DNA from: Candidatus Pacearchaeota archaeon
Lineage (GTDB): Archaea; Nanobdellota; Nanobdellia; Pacearchaeales; GW2011-AR1
Reading direction: 5' to 3'
DNA length: 64,000 nt
Assembly: GCA_016188825.1 (NCBI GenBank)
Contig: JACPHA010000006.1
Coordinates: 10,300-74,299 of the forward strand
The translations under genes and the position numbers were made by a program. Positions within the stretch are counted from its first letter, which is position 1, and each line of letters opens with the position of its first letter. Shown here piece by piece: positions 10,878 through 21,018 of this stretch. The notes below the pieces were generated by a model. The model was not told where the DNA came from and searched no databases. It saw only the letters and a list, made by a program, of their open reading frames with translations.

Positions 10878-10909
10878 AGTAATGTGAGATATTATGGTTG
10901 TTTTAGTGT

Positions 10910-13300
10910 TTATTTATTTAACCTATTTAGATTATCTCTTGCATTTTGATGAGTCGAATCTATTTGCAATGCTCTTTCATAAGTTTTTTTCGCATCTTGT
11001 ATCAATCCTTGTTTTTCAAAAGCAACGCCAAGATTATTGTAAGCATCACAATATCCTGAATCGATTCTAATAGCTTCTCTAAACTCCCTTATTGCTTCAT
11101 CATAGTTTCTTATTCCTAAAAGCTCATTTCCAAGACAGTAATGATATGTTTTTTCCAGAGGATTTATGGAAACGGCTTTTCTATATTCTTCTATAGATTT
11201 AGAATGATTATTTATTATAAGATAACAATATCCCAATTGGCAATGAATGTCTGCTCTCCTTTCATTATTCAAAGCAACTTTTTCTAAGTGTGAGATTGCT
11301 TTTCCATATTCTTCTTTTAAATAAAAACAATTTCCTAAGTATAAATGAGAGTTTGTGAAATTCCTATAATTCTGCGGAGCAGATTCAATAATTGATTCTA
11401 GGTTTTTTATTGCGCTATCGTAATTCTTTTTTTCATATTCAGACACTGCTTCATTATATAGTTTGTCAAAATCCTTGGGTTTAGTTTCTTTTTCCGGATT
11501 TATTCTTTCTGCTTTTCCACTTGTAGCTTGTTGCCCGTTTTGATTTATATTTTCAATTTCTCTAATCCTGCTCCAATACTGAAAGGCTCTTTCTTGATTT
11601 TTTCTTTCGTTATATTCTAAAGCTCCCAAACTATACAAAGCATCTACCTGATTAGGATTCATCTCCAAGATTTTTTTAAATTGTTTTTCTGCATAATCTG
11701 TCCATACGCCACCTTTCTTTAGAAAAACATTTCCAAGATTTAAGTTTGCTTGAACAGCAAGACTATAATCGGGTTCTTGACGTAAAGAATCTTCTAAATA
11801 TGCTATGGCTCTATCTAAATCGCCCAGCTTAAAATATAAAACACCAATATTATGAAAAAGAATTGGAGAATCTTTATGATATTTTATTTCATCGTCATAG
11901 ATTTGCAGGGCTTCTTTAAAATTGCCTTGTTGCTCTGCCTTTGTTGCTTTGTTGATAATATTCTCCAAATCTGTCCCATCAACAACATAACTATTTTTTG
12001 GTAATGGAAAGATGAGCTCCAAATCCTTCGGGTTTGTTTCATCCATCTCTTTTCTTATATATTCTATTTTCCCATCCAAAGATAATTTTGCAAAATAATC
12101 TATTTTGCTCCAGTCGGCATTTTTTGGAATTACATAATAAGTACCTTCTTTATAAGGCAAGCTTATTTTTGGATTAGAATATTTAACTACCAAGTCTAAT
12201 GATTTAGAAAATTTCTTATTTTTATCTACAATATCCCCACTTTCGTCAAACTCATAAATGCCTCTAGGCAAATATTTTTTAACTATGGCGTCAGTTGGTA
12301 ATTGTATTGTCTCTACCAAATACTCGTCTTCCACAATTTTCTTTGCAAGTTTTGTAGTTATATTTCCATTTTCATAATTAACATAAACAAAATCATTAGT
12401 TGAAGTAAAATTAGGAATCTCTTCTGCAAAAAGATTAATGCTTCCAAAGTCTAAATTAATAAATCTCGGTTCTATAGGAGGATGAACACTAACAATTTCT
12501 CCTATTTCTGAAAGCACATTATTTTCACACCAAATAAATTTTATTTTATTATTATCATCGACAAATTTAACATATTTTCCTTCTCCGATGGGTATTACTG
12601 TGCCAGCAATAAATTCTATTTTTTCTTTTTCTTTTTTATATGCGCTAAAGGCTATTTCTTGTCCAGTTTTATTAAGAGAGTCTCTAAGATATTTACCTAA
12701 CTCTTCATTTGAATATGCAAGAATTATTGGAGAACCAATAATATAATTCTCTTGTATTGTTTTTGGAGGTTTTTGTAATTGTTTATTTTTATCAGTAACG
12801 TTAATTGTGGTATTTCCAATTTCAAAGTCATTAAGAAACCATTTTCCTGTATATTTCCCAGGAGTTAACCGTCCAGGGTAGTAAGTAAGCCAAGTAAACC
12901 AATCATTGTTTGGAATTGTGCCATGGTTTTCTATTCTGATTAATCTTTCTTTACCATCAAATCTTTCTTTACCATCATATAACCTTAAATATAGTTCACT
13001 TCCAATTTGATTAACAATTCTGCTCATTAAAGTAACATATTCTCCTGTAGAAAAATTATTTTTTTTACCAATTATCTCATTAGGAAAGTCAACTAATCCA
13101 TCTTTATTTAAATCACTCCAGTAATTTGCCGCAAAAAATTCGTTTTGAGCATTATTATGTTGAGAGGGAGCATAATATCCTGTTTCAACTAGACAGCCAG
13201 ATGATAAGGAAAGCAATGCTGTTAGGCCTGATTTAACAATTTTTCTGAGCATTTTGGGATTAAGGAATATTATCAATAACACTAATACGTGTAGTTCCAA
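10910..13300 (-). CDS. Modular lipoprotein-like protein with C-terminal TPR array (start likely at MLRKIVK)
   Basis: SGLTALLSLSSGC lipobox-like signal; DLNKDGLVD module; many TPRs (FHNIGVLYFKLGDLDRAI, AYNNLGVAFEKQG). Confidence 0.85.
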   Translation of the reverse strand: MELHVLVLLIIFLNPKMLRKIVKSGLTALLSLSSGCLVETGYYAPSQHNNAQNEFFAANYWSDLNKDGLVDFPNEIIGKKNNFSTGEYVTLMSRIVNQIGSELYLRLYDGKERFDGKERLIRIENHGTIPNNDWFTWLTYYPGRLTPGKYTGKWFLNDFEIGNTTINVTDKNKQLQKPPKTIQENYIIGSPIILAYSNEELGKYLRDSLNKTGQEIAFSAYKKEKEKIEFIAGTVIPIGEGKYVKFVDDNNKIKFIWCENNVLSEIGEIVSVHPPIEPRFINLDFGSINLFAEEIPNFTSTNDFVYVNYENGNITTKLAKKIVEDEYLVETIQLPTDAIVKKYLPRGIYEFDESGDIVDKNKKFSKSLDLVVKYSNPKISLPYKEGTYYVIPKNADWSKIDYFAKLSLDGKIEYIRKEMDETNPKDLELIFPLPKNSYVVDGTDLENIINKATKAEQQGNFKEALQIYDDEIKYHKDSPILFHNIGVLYFKLGDLDRAIAYLEDSLRQEPDYSLAVQANLNLGNVFLKKGGVWTDYAEKQFKKILEMNPNQVDALYSLGALEYNERKNQERAFQYWSRIREIENINQNGQQATSGKAERINPEKETKPKDFDKLYNEAVSEYEKKNYDSAIKNLESIIESAPQNYRNFTNSHLYLGNCFYLKEEYGKAISHLEKVALNNERRADIHCQLGYCYLIINNHSKSIEEYRKAVSINPLEKTYHYCLGNELLGIRNYDEAIREFREAIRIDSGYCDAYNNLGVAFEKQGLIQDAKKTYERALQIDSTHQNARDNLNRLNK

Positions 13301-14174
13301 TTACTTTCCAATTGATAGACCATGCTGCTCCATAGTGACCAGGATTAAGTCTTCCCGGTGCATACTGATGCCATGCAAACCAATCATTAGATTGAATTTT
13401 TCCATAGTTCAATTCTTCGATTTCTTCGATTTTTCTTTTATTATTTTGAGTTTTTTCATACGGTCTAAACTCATATAGCCTAAGTTCTAATGGATTTCCT
13501 GTTTGATTAAAAATTCTACACATTAACATAATGTTTTCGTTTTTAGAGAATGTTGTTTTTTGACCTGTTATCTCACCTGGATAATCAACCCTTTTGTTGC
13601 CATTTAAATCACTCCAGTAATTTGCCGCAAAAAATTCGTTTTGGTCGCGATCATTTCGTCGAGTAGAATAAACTATAGATTCCTTTTTTTGTTCTTCTTT
13701 GTTAAAAACATTGATTTTTATTTCTCCAATATGTCTCTCATTAAGAAACCATTTTCCTGTATATTCGCCTGAAGCAAGCCACCCAGGAGCATAATAACTA
13801 AATAAATAATAATTATCATCAATTACTCGATGTCTCTTTCCTTGTTCGATAAGAATTCCCTTATCATCATACAACCTAAAAGCCAAACCATTTCCAATAC
13901 AATTATCAATGTTTGATGCAAATCTAATGTGTTCATTTGTAAAAAAATTATTTTTTATTCCTATTAGCTCATTAGGGATCTTAATATTTCCATCGCCATT
14001 TAAATCACCATAGTCATTACATGCAGAAAACTTGTATGTACAATCTTGATTTTGTTTTTTATTCTCTAAAATTTGAATGGGTTTATGATAATCATAAGGA
14101 ACCGTGCAAGCTGACGAAAACGAAACCAGCGCCGCCAAGCCCATTTTAATTATTTTATTTTTCATTTCGCCCAC
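13260..14174 (-). CDS. Lipoprotein-like protein with two copies of the N-terminal module of the TPR protein
   Basis: MGLAALVSFSSAC; FSACNDYGDLNGDG and FFAANYWSDLNGNK repeats; identical 42-nt block at 13106-13147 and 13602-13643. Confidence 0.8.
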   Translation of the reverse strand: MGEMKNKIIKMGLAALVSFSSACTVPYDYHKPIQILENKKQNQDCTYKFSACNDYGDLNGDGNIKIPNELIGIKNNFFTNEHIRFASNIDNCIGNGLAFRLYDDKGILIEQGKRHRVIDDNYYLFSYYAPGWLASGEYTGKWFLNERHIGEIKINVFNKEEQKKESIVYSTRRNDRDQNEFFAANYWSDLNGNKRVDYPGEITGQKTTFSKNENIMLMCRIFNQTGNPLELRLYEFRPYEKTQNNKRKIEEIEELNYGKIQSNDWFAWHQYAPGRLNPGHYGAAWSINWKVIGTTRISVIDNIP

Positions 14175-14988
14175 TGCCTAGTATGCTTTGCTCATTGGTC
14201 ATGGGTGGCTTATCTTCTATAGTATTTTTTGCATATCTTGCGGTAATGTTTCCATTGTCATAATCTATGTGTAAGAAATTATTAGTTGGTGTATAGGTTG
14301 ATTCATCTTTAATAATTTCCTCTATAAAGAAATTTGTACCAGCATAATTTAATCTTCTTAAACGAGAATCTTGTTTTTCTCTTGAAACCTTTACTATTCG
14401 AGCATTCGATGTAAACTTCCCATTATCGCTCAATATAAATTTTTCTATGCTAAAGTTATCATCAACAAATTGAACATAATTTCCCCCTAATTCTTCACTA
14501 CCACTAATTGGCATTAATGTTCCACCAACATACTCAAATTTATTATCTTTTTCTCTGAGTACAACAAATTCCTTATCTCTATTATGAAGCCAGAGGCGTA
14601 TTGCTTCTCCATAAAGAGAGGAGACATATTCAACTGGATTTGTTATTGAAGTATCTTCCGTACCAACATAAACTCTTGATTGCTCCTTACCAAAAATCCT
14701 AGCCATTTCTTCTATAGAAGGAAATGGTTTATTCCATTTACATCTAGGATCCCACGAAGGACAAGTGCCTGGTGGATGTGGCATAGTTAGAGGTTGTATA
14801 GTTAGAGAAGAACCGTCGTATATAACACTACCGAAATTGCCGATGGGGCCGTAATTTCCCATTGAGCCAGGCATACTAGGGATATTTGGGCCAAAACAAC
14901 CACCTCTTGAGCTAGAAGGGGGCAAACCATTTGCTATGCTATAAGAAAGCAGTGCTGCCAAGCCCGAAGCAATATTTTTTCTTTTCAT
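14155..14988 (-). CDS. Secreted protein sharing the middle module of the TPR protein
   Basis: SGLAALLSYSIANG signal; YVGGTLMPI..YVQFVDD..DYDNGNITARYAK matches FIAGTVIPI..YVKFVDD..NYENGNITTKLAK. Confidence 0.75.
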   Translation of the reverse strand: MKRKNIASGLAALLSYSIANGLPPSSSRGGCFGPNIPSMPGSMGNYGPIGNFGSVIYDGSSLTIQPLTMPHPPGTCPSWDPRCKWNKPFPSIEEMARIFGKEQSRVYVGTEDTSITNPVEYVSSLYGEAIRLWLHNRDKEFVVLREKDNKFEYVGGTLMPISGSEELGGNYVQFVDDNFSIEKFILSDNGKFTSNARIVKVSREKQDSRLRRLNYAGTNFFIEEIIKDESTYTPTNNFLHIDYDNGNITARYAKNTIEDKPPMTNEQSILGSGRNEK

Positions 14989-15016
14989 TTTGTCTAACCC
15001 GTTACTTACTTGCTTA

Positions 15017-15394
15017 TCACCATTTCAGATTATAATTTGGTGTTGGAGTATACCTATCATAATTTTTTGTTGTTAACTCTAATTCTTCAAAAAAAGACTT
15101 CAAATAAAAAGGCTCTTTACCTTTCTTATGTTGAGGAAGACAATCAGGAAGACAATCCCGTAAAGAAAAGTTATTATGAATAGTATTCGATGAACCTGTA
15201 TAGTGCTTAGGTATAGATTCACATCCCACTAAAAAAGAAGACGCTACTACCATTGATTTAATAAATAAACTCTTTACTTTGTCTTTGTTAATTATTTCAT
15301 ATAATCTCATTTTCTTATCTCCTCGGGGAATAATTATTGTTTCCTCTAATCTGTAATCCCCCGTTGTTAATATTTGGATTATTATATAAGCCAT
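15017..15394 (-). CDS. Small lipoprotein-like hypothetical protein (start probably internal, at MRLYE)
   Basis: MVVASSFLVGC lipobox-like motif; co-oriented in the cluster. Confidence 0.55.
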   Translation of the reverse strand: MAYIIIQILTTGDYRLEETIIIPRGDKKMRLYEIINKDKVKSLFIKSMVVASSFLVGCESIPKHYTGSSNTIHNNFSLRDCLPDCLPQHKKGKEPFYLKSFFEELELTTKNYDRYTPTPNYNLKW

Positions 15395-16706
15395 TATTTA
15401 ATCCTCCATAAACCCCTCCACCAACAACATTTAATTTGCCGTGGTCTTTTAGAATACTTCCATAATCCGCGATATTAGGATTAAGTTCAATTGTCTTGCC
15501 TATATCCCTAGGCACATAATTTATATCTCCTTTTATATCTACTGCAGGAATTGCCATTTTAACTAACTCTGGACTTATCGTTGCTGTCCGAAGCTGTTCA
15601 GACAAACTTCCTGTAATCTGCAGCTGCGTGTCCTTTAAAACAGGATAATTTTGTAAAACTCCAGAAGATGAAAGAATATCACTAAGTTTTGCGCTTTGCA
15701 TTGGTGTAGATGCTATATCTGTTACAAATTTGTCTATGCCTAATTTATATGTATTGCTCCATATAAAATGTGAAGAACTGTCTCTTTTAAATTCTGGTGT
15801 TGGAACTTTTAAAGCAGTCATATCTCCACCCAAAAAGTTTCCTTTATTACCAATTGTTGGAGAAGTATAATTATTCATGATATCTGCAGGAGTGTGCTGA
15901 TAAACATTAACATTATGTGCCTTAAATGTTTCAGCCATAGACTTAACAGAACCCCCATTAACAACTTCTCCATTTAAAACTATTACATGCACATTCCAAT
16001 TATTTTTCGCTAAATTTTCAGCTAATTTGGGCATCCCAGCTAAAGTTGTATCAATAAATTTATTAGTATCTTGTCTAGTAAGCTCTTTCTCAGTTTGACT
16101 CAGATTTAATTTTCCTGTAATGGGAGCAACAATAGGCCGCATAGGCGCAGAAGCAAGAACTTCCAAAGGGGCATTTAGTTTTATCGCGGGATCTAAAAGA
16201 ATAATTGTGCTCCCTTTATTATTTTCTATAAATTTTGGATTTTCTTGCATGTATCTTAACATAGATACTCCACCGGTACTATAACCACCGAATACATTGT
16301 TTTTTCCTTGGATATTGCCCACCGTATTATTTATCGCAATTTTATTTTGCTCCGATCCGTTATGACCTCTATTTGGTAAATCTATAATTTGTGTTTGAAA
16401 TCCTTTATTTTGCATTGTCTGATTTGAATTTGCCCAAGCAGCACTAGTTTGATTTAAACCATGAACAATAACAAAATTTCTATTTTCATTTCTATCCTCA
16501 AATTTTGGCGTATAGGTTATTGGCTGTAAATATGGAATATTTATCTCTTGATCAAGTTTTTTTGGCGGAATATAAGGATCTTGAGCAAATGCTTTAGAAG
16601 AAAAAATACTTGCTTCTGCTAAAAGAGCAACAAGTCCTAGTTTTTTTATTTTGTTTATTCTTTTCATATCTTTTCTAAGGTTAAGACAATATTTATATCT
16701 TCCCAA
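15315..16706 (-). CDS. Secreted alpha/beta hydrolase-fold protein
   Basis: Signal KKLGLVALLAEASIFSSKAFA; FVIVHG, DLPNRGHNGS, GYSTGG nucleophile elbow, ILLDP. Confidence 0.8.
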   Translation of the reverse strand: MGRYKYCLNLRKDMKRINKIKKLGLVALLAEASIFSSKAFAQDPYIPPKKLDQEINIPYLQPITYTPKFEDRNENRNFVIVHGLNQTSAAWANSNQTMQNKGFQTQIIDLPNRGHNGSEQNKIAINNTVGNIQGKNNVFGGYSTGGVSMLRYMQENPKFIENNKGSTIILLDPAIKLNAPLEVLASAPMRPIVAPITGKLNLSQTEKELTRQDTNKFIDTTLAGMPKLAENLAKNNWNVHVIVLNGEVVNGGSVKSMAETFKAHNVNVYQHTPADIMNNYTSPTIGNKGNFLGGDMTALKVPTPEFKRDSSSHFIWSNTYKLGIDKFVTDIASTPMQSAKLSDILSSSGVLQNYPVLKDTQLQITGSLSEQLRTATISPELVKMAIPAVDIKGDINYVPRDIGKTIELNPNIADYGSILKDHGKLNVVGGGVYGGLNNGLYNNPNINNGGLQIRGNNNYSPRR

Positions 16707-16712
16707 TATAAA

Positions 16713-16805
16713 ATATATTCTAAAATATTTTAATATATTAAGTAAAGTTTATATATTCTAAAATATTTTAATATATTAAGTAAAGTTTATATATTCTAAA
16801 ATATT
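16713..16805. repeat. Tandem repeat, 38-bp unit x about 2.4, containing a BRE/TATA-like motif
   Basis: ATATATTCTAAAATATTTTAATATATTAAGTAAAGTTT at 16713 and 16751, partial copy at 16789. Confidence 0.9.
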
Positions 16806-16814
16806 AAGAAAGAG

Positions 16815-17813
16815 ATGAAAAGAAAGCTGATCAAACAAGGGTATAACACAATGACTATAACTTTGCCAATAGAATGGATTAAGAAGTTAAATCTTAAGAA
16901 GAGGGAAGAAGTTGACGTTATAGATGAAGGAGATTCATTAATAATAAGCGGAAAACAAAAAAATGAAGAAAAGAGTGCCACACTAGACATCTCCAATTTC
17001 ATAGTACCGATGCTGTGGAAATTTTTTCAATCTATATATAGAAAAGGTTATAATGAAGTAAAAATAATCTTCGAACCAAGTAAAAAAACATATCCTAATA
17101 TTTATCAATACTTTTCTCCTTTGTTAGGCGATAAAGTTTTTGGGAAAAAGCATCCTTCAAAGCCTGCTATTGAAACAATTCAAGATTTGGTTAATAGATT
17201 TATCGGAATGGAGATAATTGAAACAGGAAAGAATTATTGCATAGTGAAAGATATGACTGAGCCGACTACAAAAGAATACAACAACGCATTCAGAAGAATA
17301 TTTATGCTTATTTCTGGAATGTTTGAAAGAACACTTAGTGCAATAGAGAAGGACGAGATAGGGGATACAGAGATATGTGAAGAAATTCATGCACTCGATA
17401 CAAATATTGATAGGTTTATTGATTATTGCTGCAGAATGCTTAATAAAGTAAACAATTCTGCTCCTCAATCGAAAAAACCAGCGATATTTTCTACTCTATT
17501 TATTCTTGAGTTATTATCTGATGAATTTAAAGATATTGCAGACCATTTAGCCATTACGCATAAGAAAGTAAAAATTTTGTTTCCTCTTGCAGAAAAAGTA
17601 AGAGAACACTTTAATTTTTATGAAAAAACTTTTTTCAAATTTGAAGGAGACTTAGCAATGCAATTCGGAAAAAATTCTCTTTCTATTTTAGATGAGCATC
17701 TTAGGTTAAATAAAAAAATAAAAGGAGAAAATAAAAGTATAACAAGACATCTTATGCAGATAAGCAAATATCTGTTATCATTGATAGAGCTTAGAATAGA
17801 AATGGAGTATTAA
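16815..17813 (+). CDS. AbrB/MazE-type DNA-binding plus PhoU-like regulator
   Basis: MKRKLIKQG..TMTITLPIEWIKKLNL N-terminus; DTNIDRF and LELLSDE PhoU-like helices. Confidence 0.85.
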   Translation: MKRKLIKQGYNTMTITLPIEWIKKLNLKKREEVDVIDEGDSLIISGKQKNEEKSATLDISNFIVPMLWKFFQSIYRKGYNEVKIIFEPSKKTYPNIYQYFSPLLGDKVFGKKHPSKPAIETIQDLVNRFIGMEIIETGKNYCIVKDMTEPTTKEYNNAFRRIFMLISGMFERTLSAIEKDEIGDTEICEEIHALDTNIDRFIDYCCRMLNKVNNSAPQSKKPAIFSTLFILELLSDEFKDIADHLAITHKKVKILFPLAEKVREHFNFYEKTFFKFEGDLAMQFGKNSLSILDEHLRLNKKIKGENKSITRHLMQISKYLLSLIELRIEMEY

Positions 17814-17922
17814 AGTATAGCAACTGACTTAAATAATTCCTCAGATCGTCAGTTGCTATATTCGAGAGAACAAAAAGCAATGAGGAAATATTTTGGTCTC
17901 TCGTTATATTCTATCTTTTTTT

Positions 17923-19152
17923 TCATTGCAGAAACAAATAATAAACAATTGTCGGTATTAGCAAACAGCCCATTAAATTTATTCTCCTTGAACCAGATAA
18001 AATCGCAAAAACTCCCAAAGCACTTCCAGTTATCAAAACCAAAAGTCCATACAAATTTGACAATAATAAATTAACAAAAAATAAAATTAACAGAATAATA
18101 AATGACAATTTCCCGTAATCAATCTTGTCTATATTTACAGCAAATATCTTGGATAAATAAACTCCCACAAAAAAAGCAAAAATTCCTGCAAAAAAAACAG
18201 TTAAAATAATAACAACCAAATTGCTCAAAGAAATTTCTTCTAGAATATCCTTAATGGCGGCCGCAGCTCCTGTTCTTGCCTTCCCAATCGCATATGCTGT
18301 AACAAAACTCAATGCCATCACAATTGTATTTATCGCTCCGATTAAAACTAAAAAACTTCTGTTGTTCCTGCTTTCCTCGCCCATTATCTCACTCCCTATA
18401 ACAGCTGCCTGCCCGGAGCCGATTCCTGGAAGAAATGAGCAAAGTGGAGCAGAAATGACTGCAGCAAAACTAGACCTAAAAAATCCAATTTTACTCAAGC
18501 CAACATCTCTTAATGAAATTAATTTCTGCCTGGGTAATTTTATCTTCGCTTTTATACTAACTATCAATCCAGAAACCCCAAATAATCCAGAAAGCAAGGG
18601 CAGTAACGGTTCTTCAACGGGTAGATTAAAAGTCAGCAAACCAAGAAAACCAGCCAAAACAAAAATAACTAATGAAACAATAAATTTCTCTTCTCTAAAA
18701 ATAAGATACAAAGAAACAAAAATCAAAATATATGCTATAAACCCCTTAACAAAACTAAAAACAAAAGGTAAAAAATAAATAAAAATAAAACTGAAAATTA
18801 AAATTATGGGCAAGGCACTCAAAGAACCAAAAAGTGTCAGCAAAACTGCTTCTTGTCCTCTGCCTTCCAACAGCAATTGGTGTCCTGGCAAAACAGCCAA
18901 AAATGAATCTTCTTCCGGCGCGCCCAAAAAAATACTTGGTATAAAGTCAATGAAAGTGTGCGTTATAGCCATTGCAACAATAAAAACAACCAGAGTAATT
19001 TCATTAACTCCAGAAAAATATCCCAGAGATGCCAAAAGCCCTGCCGAAACTAAATTGATGTGAATCCCGGGAGACAAGCCTGTAAACGTACCTATTGTAC
19101 ATCCGAGCAATAAAGCGAGAATAATCTCGATAATCATTTTGCTCCGCATCAA
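17923..19152 (-). CDS. TctA-like (DUF112) tripartite tricarboxylate transporter permease family protein
   Basis: GTFTGLSPGIHIN, HTFIDFIPSIFLGAP, VLPGHQLLLEGRG motifs; polytopic membrane protein. Confidence 0.85.
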   Translation of the reverse strand: MMRSKMIIEIILALLLGCTIGTFTGLSPGIHINLVSAGLLASLGYFSGVNEITLVVFIVAMAITHTFIDFIPSIFLGAPEEDSFLAVLPGHQLLLEGRGQEAVLLTLFGSLSALPIILIFSFIFIYFLPFVFSFVKGFIAYILIFVSLYLIFREEKFIVSLVIFVLAGFLGLLTFNLPVEEPLLPLLSGLFGVSGLIVSIKAKIKLPRQKLISLRDVGLSKIGFFRSSFAAVISAPLCSFLPGIGSGQAAVIGSEIMGEESRNNRSFLVLIGAINTIVMALSFVTAYAIGKARTGAAAAIKDILEEISLSNLVVIILTVFFAGIFAFFVGVYLSKIFAVNIDKIDYGKLSFIILLILFFVNLLLSNLYGLLVLITGSALGVFAILSGSRRINLMGCLLIPTIVYYLFLQ

Positions 19153-19502
19153 TTTTACCGACGGTAAAATAGCCTTTTCTTTATGATTTGTATAACCATC
19201 AAGCTTTTATAAATGTTGTCGCCCCGGACTTTTTGATAAAAAAGTTCATGGTTTAATAGCCCTCTTTACTTTTAAGCCGTTTAAGATTATTTTATAGTCG
19301 ATAAAACCTTTTTTGATGTGCCTCCCTGAACTTTTTTCTTATCATTTTGAATGGGTTTTGGGTATATGGGACGTTTTTGGTAGCTTTTCTTATGCATTTT
19401 AACTCATGTACTGCTCGTTTATCCTATTAAGGCTGTTACGATTATTAAGATTGTGGTAATCCTTTAACAGACAGATCATTGAGAGAGTAGCTTCATAATT
19501 AA

Positions 19503-20234
19503 TTAAAATAGGAAAAAGAGGCTATCGTAAATAAATTTCAGACTTACCAAGCCAATCAGGACTAGAACTAATTTTCTAAAACTCTTTTGCTGAATTTTGT
19601 TAACAATCTTTTTACCTGCGTACGAACCTAAGATGGCAACTATGAATAATAAGGGAAGGTAATAGTAATACTCGTTTGAGAGGAAACCGCTTCCAAAGTA
19701 AATTGGTATTCTTGTCACGTCAACAGCTAAAGCAATTACTGCTGCTGTTGCAATGTAAACCTCTTTCTTTAAGTTAAAAGCAGTAAGAAATGCTCCGCGC
19801 AATGCTCCGCCCGTACCAATAAGTCCTGCAAGGAACCCAGATAGAGATCCACCAATAATTGCATTTTGTGTTTTTGGTTTAAACTTTAAGTCAGGCTTTA
19901 GCAAAAATACAATAGAATAACTTAGTAAGAATACTCCCAAAGCTAGCTTCAGTATTGCATTAGAAGTATAGTTAACAAGAAGCGCGCCTATAACTGCTAG
20001 AATAACACTTGGTATTCCAAAAAGCAAGATTAACCTCCAATTCAGTCCATGCCTGAAAAAAGTTATTCTTCCCATATTGCCAAAAATATGCAGAAGGGCA
20101 ACAAGAACTAGGGCTATTTTGAAGTCGACGAAGAAGAGGGCTATTGGCAGGAAAATAGTAGAAGAGCCAAATCCGGCCATTGTTCCTATAACTTCTGCTA
20201 GAAAGGCAAATATAAAGAACAATATTTCATTCAT
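19503..20234 (-). CDS. Sulfite exporter TauE/SafE family protein
   Basis: GFGSSTIFLP and GFLAGLIGTGGALR repeats; about 8 TM segments. Confidence 0.88.
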   Translation of the reverse strand: MNEILFFIFAFLAEVIGTMAGFGSSTIFLPIALFFVDFKIALVLVALLHIFGNMGRITFFRHGLNWRLILLFGIPSVILAVIGALLVNYTSNAILKLALGVFLLSYSIVFLLKPDLKFKPKTQNAIIGGSLSGFLAGLIGTGGALRGAFLTAFNLKKEVYIATAAVIALAVDVTRIPIYFGSGFLSNEYYYYLPLLFIVAILGSYAGKKIVNKIQQKSFRKLVLVLIGLVSLKFIYDSLFFLF

Positions 20235-20271
20235 GAAGTAAGTCTGTTTTGTAGCTATAAAATTCTTTCTT

Positions 20272-20396
20272 AAAAAACCCTGAGTGTCTGTGTGAGGATT
20301 TTGGATGCATGAGAAATCTTATGGATTTCTCTGCACAGAGAATTATAATTTACCTTAATTCTCTTGTGTTCAAGATTCTTGACGAATCTTGACATA
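20272..20396. repeat. Diverged multi-hairpin intergenic element of the TCAAGA..TCTTGACAT family
   Basis: Consecutive hairpins GAGAAATC/GATTTCTC, AGAGAATTA/TAATTCTCT and GTGTTCAAGATTC..GAATCTTGACAT. Confidence 0.65.
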
Positions 20397-20440
20397 AAAC
20401 TGTAACAAAGCTAATAAACGCAATATTTCCAATATGTTTT

Positions 20441-20857
20441 ATGGGATATGTTAAGAGATGTTCTGATTGTGATAAACCCATTCATAATCTAAGAGCTCTT
20501 GCTAAGCGCTGTCGTTCGTGCCGGAGAGATTTTCAAAAGCAGGCTTCCCTAAAATGCAAGCGACAACAGAAAACGAAGAGTGCTCTAAGGAAATCCGAGC
20601 AAACTTCTGCTTATTTTATTATAAGTTATCAAACTAAGCAAGATTTACTTACTAAAATTACGGATTTAAAAGAAGAGCCGCAAGCCCCTAAAGAACCAAG
20701 CGCGGTAGATATCTTTTTTTATCCTTCCAGATGCGAAAACAAGTCCAATTATTACAAAGAACTTGAGAAATATCAGGAACTTCTTGAGTTGTGGAACGCA
20801 ATTAATCAAGAGAAAGAGTCATCTGTCTGCTACTTTTGGAATAATCTTGCTTTTTAA
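20441..20857 (+). CDS. Hypothetical Zn-finger protein
   Basis: CSDC...CRSC motif. Confidence 0.55.
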   Translation: MGYVKRCSDCDKPIHNLRALAKRCRSCRRDFQKQASLKCKRQQKTKSALRKSEQTSAYFIISYQTKQDLLTKITDLKEEPQAPKEPSAVDIFFYPSRCENKSNYYKELEKYQELLELWNAINQEKESSVCYFWNNLAF

Positions 20858-21018
20858 AAGCAAATAATTTTATTAGTCATGACAAAGACAACGATATCAT
20901 TAAGTTTGTCTAAAGAACTAGTTGGGAAAATCTTCCAGGAATGGTGAATAATAGACACGTGTAAACTAATCTGGACAGGAGTAGAAAGGTATTTAAATCC
21001 ATTATCTTTATAAAGATA

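Noticed and set aside
16713..16805. CRISPR array
   Set aside because: The units are directly adjacent with no spacers, and no cas operon is present.
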